Positions 27,807 to 36,291 of a DNA stretch of 64,000 nucleotides are shown piece by piece. Location of the stretch: NCBI GenBank assembly GCA_965247115.1, contig CBDFGR010000003.1:768001-832000 (forward strand), read 5' to 3'. The notes beneath the pieces are model-generated. The model did no database searches. It saw nothing but the letters and a program-made list of their open reading frames with translations, and was not told where the DNA came from. Numbering within the stretch: the stretch's first letter is position 1; the number at the start of each line of letters is the position of its first letter. Origin of the DNA: Myxococcota bacterium (lineage in GTDB: Bacteria > Myxococcota_A > UBA9160 > SZUA-336). Position numbers and translations under genes: made by a program.

Positions 27807-27993
27807 CAGCGTCGCCCGTCTCGGTGACCGTCACGTCGACGCTCGTTCCGATCTTCAGCTTGGCGATAGTGGCGACGACCAGCTGACACACGTGGCCGCT
27901 CGAGTTTCGCAGCGAGACCCGCCACTTCAGGCCGCCCCCTTCGAGGCTCTGCGCAATCTCGGAGACCTGGAAAGCTTCCCTGAACACCTCCAT
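27799..27993 (-). CDS. Hypothetical phage protein
   Basis: RBS, coupled to downstream gene. Confidence 0.55.
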   Translation of the reverse strand: MEVFREAFQVSEIAQSLEGGGLKWRVSLRNSSGHVCQLVVATIAKLKIGTSVDVTVTETGDADG

Positions 27994-28728
27994 CTACTCA
28001 TCTCCTTTCCGTTTGGGGATTACACACGATAGGCCCAAGCTCGAACAACGCGCACGCGCCGATCCAGAGGGTGAGGAGGAACAGCGAAGCGAAGACTCCA
28101 GGTAACGCTCCCCCCCAGTCAGCGTGAAGCCCCGGAGAGTTCCTCTTCGCTGCCCTCCTCACGAGACTCATAACGCATGATCCGGACCGTTCGTGTCGGT
28201 CCGATCGTGAATGCCGATCACATCGGCGCCGCGGTTGTCGCTCTTCGAGTCCACGAAGGCCTCGAGGTTGTCGCACAGGCGCTCGAGGGCGTTGACCAGA
28301 GGGATCGCGATCTTGCCGATTTGATTGACGATCGCCAGCACGACGACCGTGGTGCACAGCATGATCACTCCGAGGATGATCACAGCTTGACCCTCCAGCG
28401 GAGATCTCCGCTGCCCTCCACGCGTACGATGAGCTGCTCTCGTGGATGCTGGAAGAGGCCGAGCTGGTCCACGGCTACAGCAGCTCCTGGATCTCGGCAA
28501 GGTCCCGGCGACCCTTTGCGAGAAGCTGCTCACACCGGCCCAGCAGACGCTCCAAGCGAGAGACGGCCGCCTCGCACGGTCGAGGCTCCCTCTGATGCTC
28601 CTTCCAGGACCTCTGGCAGCTCATGCACCACATGGTCTCTCCAAAGCTGTGTCCGTTCGCCAGGAAGTCCCCCTTCCGTTTCCGCACATCTCGCGCGTGC
28701 TTCACAGCCCTACCCCCTCCCGTGTCCA

Positions 28729-29187
28729 TCAATGCACCGCTCGCTCGGCATCCGGCCGGAGATCCTTCGACAGCACCTCGACCCTCTCGGCACAATGGAT
28801 GCCGTAGAGCACCGAGTACACGCGCAGCCGGTCCAGATCTGCCCTGCCGTTGCCCTTGTTCTTGAAGTAGCCGCCGTTCTGGCCAACGGAGGGGAACTCG
28901 ACGAAATGGTGGACGTGATCCGGCATCCGGACTCCTAGACCAGCTCCAGCTGGTTGTTCCGCCAGCGCGCCTTGAAGATCACGGGCTCTTCCGGAACGCG
29001 GGTCCGCGCGCTGAATGTGGATCTCCGGATCCTCGTCCTCGCGTCCGGGCTTCACTGCAATCGTGATGGAGCAGAACGCTTGCCGTTGGTGCCGCCGCGC
29101 CGCGGTCTCCAATTGCGCGAAGTGCTTGAACACGATCTGCTGAACCTTCGTTCCCATCTTCTCGAGTCGTCCGGCCGTCGCGGCCAT
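28729..29187 (-). CDS. Apparent frameshift fusion of two small phage genes
   Basis: Shifted frame gives SARTRVPEEPVIFKARWRNNQLELV* (stop 28935) followed by AGGAG and ATG at 28926. Confidence 0.55.
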   Translation of the reverse strand: MAATAGRLEKMGTKVQQIVFKHFAQLETAARRHQRQAFCSITIAVKPGREDEDPEIHIQRADPRSGRARDLQGALAEQPAGAGLGVRMPDHVHHFVEFPSVGQNGGYFKNKGNGRADLDRLRVYSVLYGIHCAERVEVLSKDLRPDAERAVH

Positions 29188-29205
29188 CGTCGGTGTGCTG
29201 CGCCC

Positions 29206-29517
29206 TCATGACTCGTCCTCCTCCTCGAGCTTCGCGCCCTGGAACAGCGCGAGCTGCCGCCCGATGTGGTGGAGCTTGATTTCTACGTCGTCGATCGGCT
29301 TCGTCTCAAGTTGGATCGACACCTTTGGGAACTTGATCGTTACGCCAAGCTCACCCGTGTCCGGGTCCGTCTTGAAGATGCATTTGGGCTTGAACTCGGC
29401 GACGGCCTTGCCGCCCTTGATCGAGTCCGAGATCAACGGAAGCTCGGGCAGGAGCTTCGTGTAGATCTCCCCCGAGATCCTTACCGCGAGCTCCTCATGG
29501 TGTTTCTGTTGCGCCAC
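29206..29517 (-). CDS. Hypothetical phage protein ending QLALF plus acidic tail
   Basis: GGAGG RBS; 103 aa. Confidence 0.65.
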   Translation of the reverse strand: MAQQKHHEELAVRISGEIYTKLLPELPLISDSIKGGKAVAEFKPKCIFKTDPDTGELGVTIKFPKVSIQLETKPIDDVEIKLHHIGRQLALFQGAKLEEEDES

Positions 29518-29743
29518 TGCGCTCCTCCTTCTGTACCGAGCGGATCGCCCGCTCGATGGCTTCCTCGTACTCGCGCTGAGCCAGCCCGCGCGCGAGCTTG
29601 CTTCGACAACCGATCAGGTTCTGTCGCGTGCGGTACACCTCGGACGCGACCATCATCGGGACCTGGTCCAAGTGCACATCGCACATGACGACGGTGGGAC
29701 TCGGTGGTACTCGGTGGCGACCCGCTACGCGACACACGCTCAT
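29495..29743 (-). CDS. Small Cys/His phage protein
   Basis: C....VP....MC..H...VP.....VY pattern; ATGA-coupled. Confidence 0.6.
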   Translation of the reverse strand: MSVCRVAGRHRVPPSPTVVMCDVHLDQVPMMVASEVYRTRQNLIGCRSKLARGLAQREYEEAIERAIRSVQKEERSGATETP

Positions 29744-29925
29744 AGCAGCCTCGGCTGGTGCGGATCGCTGGCTCGAGCTTCGTGGATTCGCTGCCGTCGT
29801 CGTTCCGTGAAGACGTGCTCTCCCAAGCGTGCGCCTTCGGCCTCGAGCTGTGGAACGTGCTTGAACACGATCTGCTCCACCTTCATTCCCACCTCCGCCA
29901 GTCGTTCGGCCGTCGTGGCCATCAT
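29740..29925 (-). CDS. Small phage protein, N-terminus paralogous to the gene starting at 29187
   Basis: MATTAERLAEVGMKVEQIVFKH vs MAATAGRLEKMGTKVQQIVFKH. Confidence 0.55.
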   Translation of the reverse strand: MMATTAERLAEVGMKVEQIVFKHVPQLEAEGARLGEHVFTERRRQRIHEARASDPHQPRLL

Positions 29926-29939
29926 CCGTTTCCTCTCGG

Positions 29940-30632
29940 TCAGCCCGTCGTTTCTTGACGCAAGTCCTCTCGGTTGAGCTCGATGATCCCGCCCCCCTCG
30001 GCCAGCCGCGAGAACGAGCGTGGGTAGAGCTTCGCGAACGCATGCGGCCCGTCGCGCGGATGCAGGTTTGTCGTCACGATCGTCGGACGCAAGTTCTTCC
30101 AGCGAACGTCGACAAGGTGGTCCATCTCGGACATCGGCCACTCGTGCTCGTAGGCCGCGCCCCAGTCGTCCACGACCAAAAACGGCACACTCGCGGCACT
30201 TCGGAGCCAGTCCGCATCGCGCTGGAAGACTCGGCGGTAGGCCTCAATGGCGCTCTCGAAGATCGCCCGTTCCCAGCGCTCGGGGTCCGTGTACCAGAGC
30301 CGGAACGCCGCATAGATGGCAGCCACCGTTTTGCCGCTTCCCGTGGGACCCATGATGAGCAGACTCGTGCCCTGGGGAGCCCTGCCCGGCCAGTCCATGA
30401 CGCTGGGCGGAATCAGCTCCGTGTCGACTTCGCGATTGCGGAACATCTCGATGAAGCGCTTCCCGACGCGCAGACGAGCGAGCCACCGCAGAGCGCTCGC
30501 AAACTTCCGCTCGGCCAGGTCGTCTGCGTCGGTGGGCGCTTCGTCCGACGCCCGCGAGGCGCCGCGCCGGGCCTCCAGATCGATCAGGGTGGCGCCTACA
30601 GCCTCGCGCAACGGCTTTTCTAGCTCGGTCAT
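29940..30632 (-). CDS. DnaC/IstB-like AAA+ helicase loader
   Basis: GPTGSGKT, LVVDDWG, PTIVTTN, SRL, DLR. Confidence 0.9.
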   Translation of the reverse strand: MTELEKPLREAVGATLIDLEARRGASRASDEAPTDADDLAERKFASALRWLARLRVGKRFIEMFRNREVDTELIPPSVMDWPGRAPQGTSLLIMGPTGSGKTVAAIYAAFRLWYTDPERWERAIFESAIEAYRRVFQRDADWLRSAASVPFLVVDDWGAAYEHEWPMSEMDHLVDVRWKNLRPTIVTTNLHPRDGPHAFAKLYPRSFSRLAEGGGIIELNREDLRQETTG

Positions 30633-31447
30633 GCTCTCCTCCATGGTGCGTTCACGTCACGACTCTGGGTGCGCGGCGAGGCCCTGGCGCGGGCCATGTG
30701 CGCGCGCAGCTTCTCGTACTGATCGCGGAACTTCGGGACCGAGCGGACGTTGCCGCGCCAGAACGCGGCATCGCTGCACTCGTCTTCGAGCAGCCAGCGT
30801 AGGAGCCGGTGAGCCTCGGACGACGTCCGCTTGTCCAGCCGGAACATGAGATCTGCGGCCTGGACCCAGCCCGCGAACGCCGAAGGCGTTGGCTTGCGGA
30901 AGTCCGGCTCGCGCTTGAGAAGGCCGTCCAGAAACATCTGGGCAAAGTCGTGGCCGGATCCACCGGTGCCGTTGCTCTTGGGCGGAGCACGCGGCGCGTC
31001 GCTCGGCGGAGCCGACGACTTTTTCGCACACGACTCTGGCTCAGGCTCTGGCTCTGGCTCAGGCTCAGGCTCAGGCTCAGGCTGACGTGCGTCTCGCACG
31101 TGAGTCGCATGCGTCTCGCATGCGAATCCCTCCCTTTTCACCGCTTCGGAGCGTTTCACCGTGCTGTCCGCGTGCTTCTCCCAGTCATGGACGAGGAGCC
31201 TGTGCGCCTCGGACCGGTCGAGCCATCGTGTGGCGATCAGCGCACGCAGAAGGTCGCCCGGCTCGCCTTCCCAGGCGATGGACACGGCGATCTCCTCATC
31301 AGACCAGCGCCCGATGTCTCCACGGGGGGCCTGGGTCGCAGTGAAGTGCCAGAGGCACTCCAGGATCCCGACCGCATGGTAGCGTGGGACGTCGAGCGCG
31401 CGGCAGAGGTTCAGTAACTTGGGGCTAGCGTGCGCGTGCCTCAGCAT
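30629..31447 (-). CDS. Phage replication initiator (gpO-like)
   Basis: N-terminal wHTH (HPK-like..AVG.LE.LW..GD....IA..W..HDW), PE-repeat linker, C-terminal D.FW..N..S..K.R.Q domain; upstream of DnaC-like gene. Confidence 0.85.
   Translation of the reverse strand: MLRHAHASPKLLNLCRALDVPRYHAVGILECLWHFTATQAPRGDIGRWSDEEIAVSIAWEGEPGDLLRALIATRWLDRSEAHRLLVHDWEKHADSTVKRSEAVKREGFACETHATHVRDARQPEPEPEPEPEPEPEPESCAKKSSAPPSDAPRAPPKSNGTGGSGHDFAQMFLDGLLKREPDFRKPTPSAFAGWVQAADLMFRLDKRTSSEAHRLLRWLLEDECSDAAFWRGNVRSVPKFRDQYEKLRAHMARARASPRTQSRDVNAPWRRA
31036..31084. repeat. Hexamer repeat encoding (PE)n linker
   Basis: (C[T/A]GGCT)n. Confidence 0.85.
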
Positions 31448-31674
31448 CGTCTCTCTCACCCCCCTTGGCTAGAGCTCTTTGGGTTCCTATGCGCTCCCGC
31501 GCGCCTGGTTCGGGCGTGCCAGGCACGGCGCCCGTTCGTAGAAGGTCAGCTCCACGAAATTCGACATCCCGTCTACGACCTTGGCTTCCAAGTGACGAAT
31601 CCTGGCCGAACCATGATCGAATACGCACCACAGGAACAGAACACCGACGGCGCTTAACAGTTTCGGGTAGGCCA

Positions 31675-31929
31675 TCATGTGGCTCGCTCGGTGGCGCGCT
31701 TGCGAGCTTCCGCGTCCTCGTACGCCAGGTATCTCATGTCATGACGCAGGCACTCTCTCCTCGCGTCTTCAGCCGCGAAGTAGCGCTGGGTCTCGCGGTT
31801 GTGGAAGTAGAACCAAATACGATGCGCCCACTTCGGCCGGCGCAGGTCCCAGAGCCACAGCCACAGGATGAACGCGAAGTTCAGCAGCAGGCCGACGGCT
31901 AGGAGAGTCTCGGTCGTGGAGAACGTCAT
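31675..31929 (-). CDS. Small membrane protein
   Basis: N-terminal TM helix, coupled to 31487-31678. Confidence 0.55.
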   Translation of the reverse strand: MTFSTTETLLAVGLLLNFAFILWLWLWDLRRPKWAHRIWFYFHNRETQRYFAAEDARRECLRHDMRYLAYEDAEARKRATERAT

Positions 31930-32220
31930 GCAGCCTTCACCGATCTCTTTCTCATCGAGCGACTTGACGCGCTCACACCGCCTCCTTCGTGGGATCGGTC
32001 TCCTCAGTGGTCTCGGGAACCTTCAATGCAAGGGAAGCCAGATGCTCGCAGTCCTCTCTGCGCATTGGAAAGCGCAACTCGATCTCGTTCCGCTGGGCCA
32101 CGAACCAAAGCGTCCTGTCATCCAATTCGAATCGGAGCGTCTCGACGTTCAACGGAAACCGCACCATCCCCTCGGGACCATGAAAGAATGAGGGGAAAGG
32201 AGAAGAAGGAGGCATGCGCT

Positions 32221-32538
32221 TCATAGCGGCCTCCGCACCCACCACCGGATCTCCATGCCCTGTTGGGCGTCACGTCGAATCGGCGCGTTCCCATCCACGT
32301 ACTTCGAGGTGTCTGCGAGCTCGGGAAGCCTCCGACCCATGACGTACCGAGAGATCCCCGACAGTTGAGAGAGCCGTCGCGAGCTACGGCCCGGCCAGCG
32401 GACCGCCGCCTCATAGCACTCACGACGCTGCGTCTGGGCCTGCCCCGATCGCTCCACCCGACGGGCAGCAAGCTTGGACGAGTCGTGGTTTGACTTACGG
32501 GCGAGAGCGTGAGGGCCGAACAGACTCTCTTGCCTCAT
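32221..32538 (-). CDS. Winged-helix phage protein
   Basis: LAR....SS..AA, T/S..L......RRL.EL pattern; N-terminal QESLF. Confidence 0.7.
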   Translation of the reverse strand: MRQESLFGPHALARKSNHDSSKLAARRVERSGQAQTQRRECYEAAVRWPGRSSRRLSQLSGISRYVMGRRLPELADTSKYVDGNAPIRRDAQQGMEIRWWVRRPL

Positions 32539-32812
32539 GCAGCGGCTCTTTCCGCGTCTTCGCAGCCAGGAGCTCGAGCTGTAGAAGCGGCGTCACGTAG
32601 TCCAAGCGCGTGACCATGATGGCGATGGGGAGAACGGCTGCGGGGAGCCGTCGGCGCCCGTCCGCTCGCAGCCAGTGGGAGACGTTCGTGAGGGCCGACT
32701 CTACGCTGCCCTCCCAAGAAAAGGCTGCGCGGCACGCGAGGGCAAAGTGCAACCAGGTGTCGGAATCGTCCAACATCTTCCGAACGGCACGCTCGATTTC
32801 GACAGTTTCCAC
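32495..32812 (-). CDS. CII-like regulator candidate
   Basis: GAGGT RBS; S.WL....RR.LP...L......T pattern at the cII position. Confidence 0.5.
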   Translation of the reverse strand: METVEIERAVRKMLDDSDTWLHFALACRAAFSWEGSVESALTNVSHWLRADGRRRLPAAVLPIAIMVTRLDYVTPLLQLELLAAKTRKEPLHEARESVRPSRSRP

Positions 32813-32963
32813 TGGGGGTTACCTCACTTTCGCCCCCACGAAGTTTCTGTTGGCCGTACTTGGCCCTACTCGCGCGTAAGAATGAAGTCCGATGCTTCCG
32901 ACCACCCACCCCTCGTGTAGAATGCTTGGTAGCTACACCGAGACAGGGGCGGGGGAGAGAACT

Positions 32964-33374
32964 ATGAACAGCAGAAGAATCGTTGCCCTCTGCGTGATCC
33001 TCTCGACGATCGGCTGCGTGAATCTCAGACAGCGCGACCGCGAAACCCTCCGAGACATCGAGCGCTACGACCTGAATCCCACGGAGATTCAGATCAAGAA
33101 CGCCGGTCTCGCAGGTGGCCTCGGGATCATATCTCCGGTCTGCAACTGGTATCTCGCATACGGCACGCACCAAACCGATCAGATCCTCGTGGGTTTTCTG
33201 AACCTGCTGACCTGGCCTCTCAGTGTTATCTGGGCGATTCCGCAGTGCGCGGCGGACGCCTTGACGCTGAACAAGCTTGAGACCATCGACTACTACGAAG
33301 ACGATCGTGACGGCATTCGGGAGTTCGCTGCTGCACGTGAACGCTACGAAGGGTCGCACCGGGACGAAGAGTGA
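32964..33374 (+). CDS. Lipoprotein with TM2-like domain (superinfection-exclusion candidate)
   Basis: Lipobox TIG-C; KNAGLAGGLGII...NWY..., hydrophobic LNLLTWPLSVIW; antisense moron in early region. Confidence 0.7.
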   Translation: MNSRRIVALCVILSTIGCVNLRQRDRETLRDIERYDLNPTEIQIKNAGLAGGLGIISPVCNWYLAYGTHQTDQILVGFLNLLTWPLSVIWAIPQCAADALTLNKLETIDYYEDDRDGIREFAAARERYEGSHRDEE

Positions 33375-33451
33375 CCTCACGCCGCCCCCTCCGCTGCGGC
33401 AGTGACGAGAGTGAGGGATGCATGCAACGCCGGTAGAAGGCCGCCTTTACG

Positions 33452-34033
33452 ATGAGCCTCGCAAACCTCTTGATAGGCATTGCTGCCGCGCTCGGCGCGC
33501 TTCTCGCTGCCGGGGGAGCGATCGCCAGCGCTATCCTCATACGGAAGTCGCACCGCGCGGCTACGATCGAAGATCGGCAACCCGTCCTCGAGACTACGCT
33601 GATCCGCTATCGCGAGCCGAACGTCGCGAAGGTCACGATTCGGGTTCGGAATTGCGACCGAGAACGAATCAACTTTGTCCGTCTCGAGGTCGTAAGCCCA
33701 GAGTCGGTGCGCTTCTTCGATTTCGACACCGACCCGTTCGGTCGTCCACAGCCACACGGGGAGCCCCACGACTGGGTACATCCGAGCTGCAGTATCGAGC
33801 CAGCCGACTATGAAGATCGAGAGTTCCTTCTTCAATGGACAGGCGAAGAACTCGCGCCAACCCGGGTTGAGCTTGTCGCATATTTCGATAGTCGCGCCGC
33901 GTACATCGAGAAGACAGGGGCGGGTCACGGAGAGCGCTCGACTCGTTCGGAGTGCTGGTCAGCGCCGAACGGCGGCCCGCTCCTGAGTAGGTCTTCCGGA
34001 GTGATACCCAGGGTTGCTAGTTGGTCTCGATAA
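33452..34033 (+). CDS. N-terminal TM plus Ig-like moron protein
   Basis: TM helix then alternating beta strands VTIRVRN...FVRLEV...SIEP; 3' end overlaps cro. Confidence 0.55.
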   Translation: MSLANLLIGIAAALGALLAAGGAIASAILIRKSHRAATIEDRQPVLETTLIRYREPNVAKVTIRVRNCDRERINFVRLEVVSPESVRFFDFDTDPFGRPQPHGEPHDWVHPSCSIEPADYEDREFLLQWTGEELAPTRVELVAYFDSRAAYIEKTGAGHGERSTRSECWSAPNGGPLLSRSSGVIPRVASWSR

Positions 34034-34188
34034 AGATCGATGAGCCTGACCATGATCCGCCGACTCATCGCGTTTCGCCCCGTTTCGTACATCGTCACGG
34101 CGGCCGGATCCACGCCCAGTTTTGCCGCAAGAGCCGCTTGGGTGATGCCGAGCGTCTGCCTGAGACGCTTCAGCGGATGAGAACTCAT
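33925..34188 (-). CDS. Cro-like XRE HTH protein
   Basis: LKRLRQTLGITQAALAAKLGV...AVT.YETG. Confidence 0.9.
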   Translation of the reverse strand: MSSHPLKRLRQTLGITQAALAAKLGVDPAAVTMYETGRNAMSRRIMVRLIDLYRDQLATLGITPEDLLRSGPPFGADQHSERVERSP

Positions 34189-34196
34189 AAGCACAC

Positions 34197-34225
34197 ATTA
34201 CAACTCATGATGGTGGCGGTGTCAA
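34197..34225 (-). promoter_or_regulatory. Sigma70 promoter for cro (PR-like), overlapped by an ATGGTG/CACCAT dyad (operator candidate)
   Basis: TTGACA (34225-34220), 17-bp spacer, TGTAAT (34202-34197). Confidence 0.75.
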
Positions 34226-34271
34226 TCACCATGTACCAAGCTCTGCGGCCTTAGCTAATCTCTGCTTACTG

Positions 34272-34784
34272 ATGGCTCGACGCATAAAGCAACGCAGAGA
34301 GATTCCGACTTTTGGGCAGGAACTCAAAGAAGCTCGCGAAGCCCTGGGGCTGACCCAGGAGGAATTCGGCGATGCAGTCGACATCTCCCAGTCAGCCGTA
34401 TCGCAGTTGGAGAGCGGGAAGAACGAAGCCGCTGTCGGAACGAAGTTCAAGATCTTCGAGTTTTTGTCTGCGCGAGCGGACTTCCTGAAAGAACGCGGAC
34501 TCGACTACAGGACGGCCATCTCCCTCAACATGAAGAAGGACGCCCCCGAAGTCTATGAGTCGCTGCAGAAAGTACTTAGGGACCAGGCCCGAGCGGTAGC
34601 CGAGCATCTGATCGACGAGATCGGAGCTAGCCGGGTGATCACTCTCGCGTTTGTACCCCCAGACGAGCTCTCCAATTGGATCGATACCCATGAGGAGGCG
34701 AACTACAGGGAGGAGCAGGCGTATCAGCTCTCTAAGGACCTCTCACTCGGGCCATCACCAAAAAAGAAGCCAGAATCCGAATAG
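34272..34784 (+). CDS. CI-like XRE repressor (no S24 domain)
   Basis: FGQELKEAREALGLTQEEFGDAV.ISQSAVSQLESG; divergent from cro. Confidence 0.85.
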   Translation: MARRIKQRREIPTFGQELKEAREALGLTQEEFGDAVDISQSAVSQLESGKNEAAVGTKFKIFEFLSARADFLKERGLDYRTAISLNMKKDAPEVYESLQKVLRDQARAVAEHLIDEIGASRVITLAFVPPDELSNWIDTHEEANYREEQAYQLSKDLSLGPSPKKKPESE

Positions 34785-34826
34785 GCGGCTTGACCGTGTC
34801 TCTTATTTTACGTAATTATCACTTAT

Positions 34827-35291
34827 ATGCGCGGGGCAACTCTCGACCCGAGGCAGCGTCCTCTCCCTGACCGTCTCGCCCAGCTGGACTCTCTGCACCT
34901 GGACAGGGGTGTCTCCTCGAGCTTCGACGAAGGCCACTGCGCACTCGAAGTGGTCGCCTGGCTCGCAGGAGAGGAGCACAGCGACCATCCGCAGTGCACG
35001 AGTACCGCGGTTGGAGCCTTCGTCCGCTGCTGGAATGACGACCTTTCAGACGAGGATCGGGACCGTCTGCTCAAGCCACTGCTCCCCCGCCTTGTGGGAT
35101 CGGCAGGAGATTCCGACACGGAGATCGCCCGCTCCTACCTAGCCCTCGACTGGCTCTGTCGAATCTATACACCCGCATGGCTAGACCTCGTAGAAAGCCT
35201 GAAACCTCATGCCGCGAAGCTGCGTGGACTCGGCGAGATCACGGACCTCGATGTCCACGTCCAGTCGGAGTGCGACGAGTGCCGGCGCTAG
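34827..35291 (+). CDS. Truncated paralog of 36292-37257
   Basis: Near-identical first ~137 aa, then unrelated tail. Confidence 0.65.
   Translation: MRGATLDPRQRPLPDRLAQLDSLHLDRGVSSSFDEGHCALEVVAWLAGEEHSDHPQCTSTAVGAFVRCWNDDLSDEDRDRLLKPLLPRLVGSAGDSDTEIARSYLALDWLCRIYTPAWLDLVESLKPHAAKLRGLGEITDLDVHVQSECDECRR
34840..35250 (+). repeat. ~410-bp direct repeat, copy 1
   Basis: Aligns by eye to 36314-36721 (~90% identity, one 3-nt indel). Confidence 0.95.
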
Positions 35292-36178
35292 AAGAGCTCC
35301 GATTGTCGCGGCATTCGGTGCTCGATCACCTCTGTGACCGTGCGGGAGAGATGGAGTTTGCCCTCCCCGTCCACCGATTGCTCGACGCTCATACGGACTC
35401 GGAGCTGGTCTCCACTTCGGAAGGGCTCGCGCTTAGTCACCTGTGTGACAAAGCCGGGATCTTCCATCTTGACCAAGAAGACATTGGCACCATCGGAGAC
35501 GCGCCACTGATAGCCGCGCCCAGAGATGTCTGGCTGGAGAATCTCCAAGACCTGAACCACCTCATAAGCTGCTTCTTGTGCAGCAGCTATCTGTCGTGGG
35601 CCACCCTCAGTAATCCTCGCGTAGTCGGCAGCGTCCAAAGATTCGACGACTTCACTGCCTTCCATTGCTTGGAAGAGTTCGACTCCTTGGCGAGCAAGCG
35701 GCTTCAACACCTCGTCCAGTGCTGTTACGGTCGTCGTGTCGTTGTACAGGTTTCGCACGTTTCGATGGAGCCGCAGCGTGCGTCCGTCCGGCGCAGTGGC
35801 CTCAATCTCTTCATCAATCTCGACGTATTGCATCTGCTCTGCCTTGCCTACTGTCTTTACAAGACTAAGGAGACCACTTGCAACCGAGCCAGACTTCTTG
35901 ATGAACCCCAGTGTAGTCAAGAGTTGGTTCGCGTCCGACCCCATCAGTGTGTTGACAATCCCGGCGATGTCCAGAACGAGCGAGATATCGAAAGACCTAG
36001 CTCTAACATCTGCTCGCATTCGAACGGTAGCGGCCGTCTCTCGACCATTGATGAGCAGATTTGTCCGCTCACAGATATCGCCCACAGCCTGAAGAGTCGG
36101 TGCCAGCGCGCGAACATCCATTTCGCCAGCCTCAAGTTCTGGCCCGGTGTAAACCAAGCGCAGTACGGCTTCGCTCAT
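35288..36178 (-). CDS. Prophage accessory protein (Y.GP.L...MDV..LAP.L N-terminus; C-terminal QSELF)
   Basis: AGGAGG RBS, 296 aa, lower GC, opposite to surrounding operon. Confidence 0.8.
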   Translation of the reverse strand: MSEAVLRLVYTGPELEAGEMDVRALAPTLQAVGDICERTNLLINGRETAATVRMRADVRARSFDISLVLDIAGIVNTLMGSDANQLLTTLGFIKKSGSVASGLLSLVKTVGKAEQMQYVEIDEEIEATAPDGRTLRLHRNVRNLYNDTTTVTALDEVLKPLARQGVELFQAMEGSEVVESLDAADYARITEGGPRQIAAAQEAAYEVVQVLEILQPDISGRGYQWRVSDGANVFLVKMEDPGFVTQVTKREPFRSGDQLRVRMSVEQSVDGEGKLHLSRTVTEVIEHRMPRQSELF

Positions 36179-36291
36179 CGCGCTACGTCCTCCTGTCCGG
36201 CTGATATCTCTCAGGGGGATAGCGGGCCGACCGGGTCTAGCGGTCGGCCCGCAACAGACTCTAGCACTCAACTACAGGAGATAGTGTAGAG

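Noticed and set aside
34790..34820. PL-like promoter after cI
   Set aside because: TTGACC and an AT-rich tract are present but there is no convincing -10 at 16-18 bp; left uncalled
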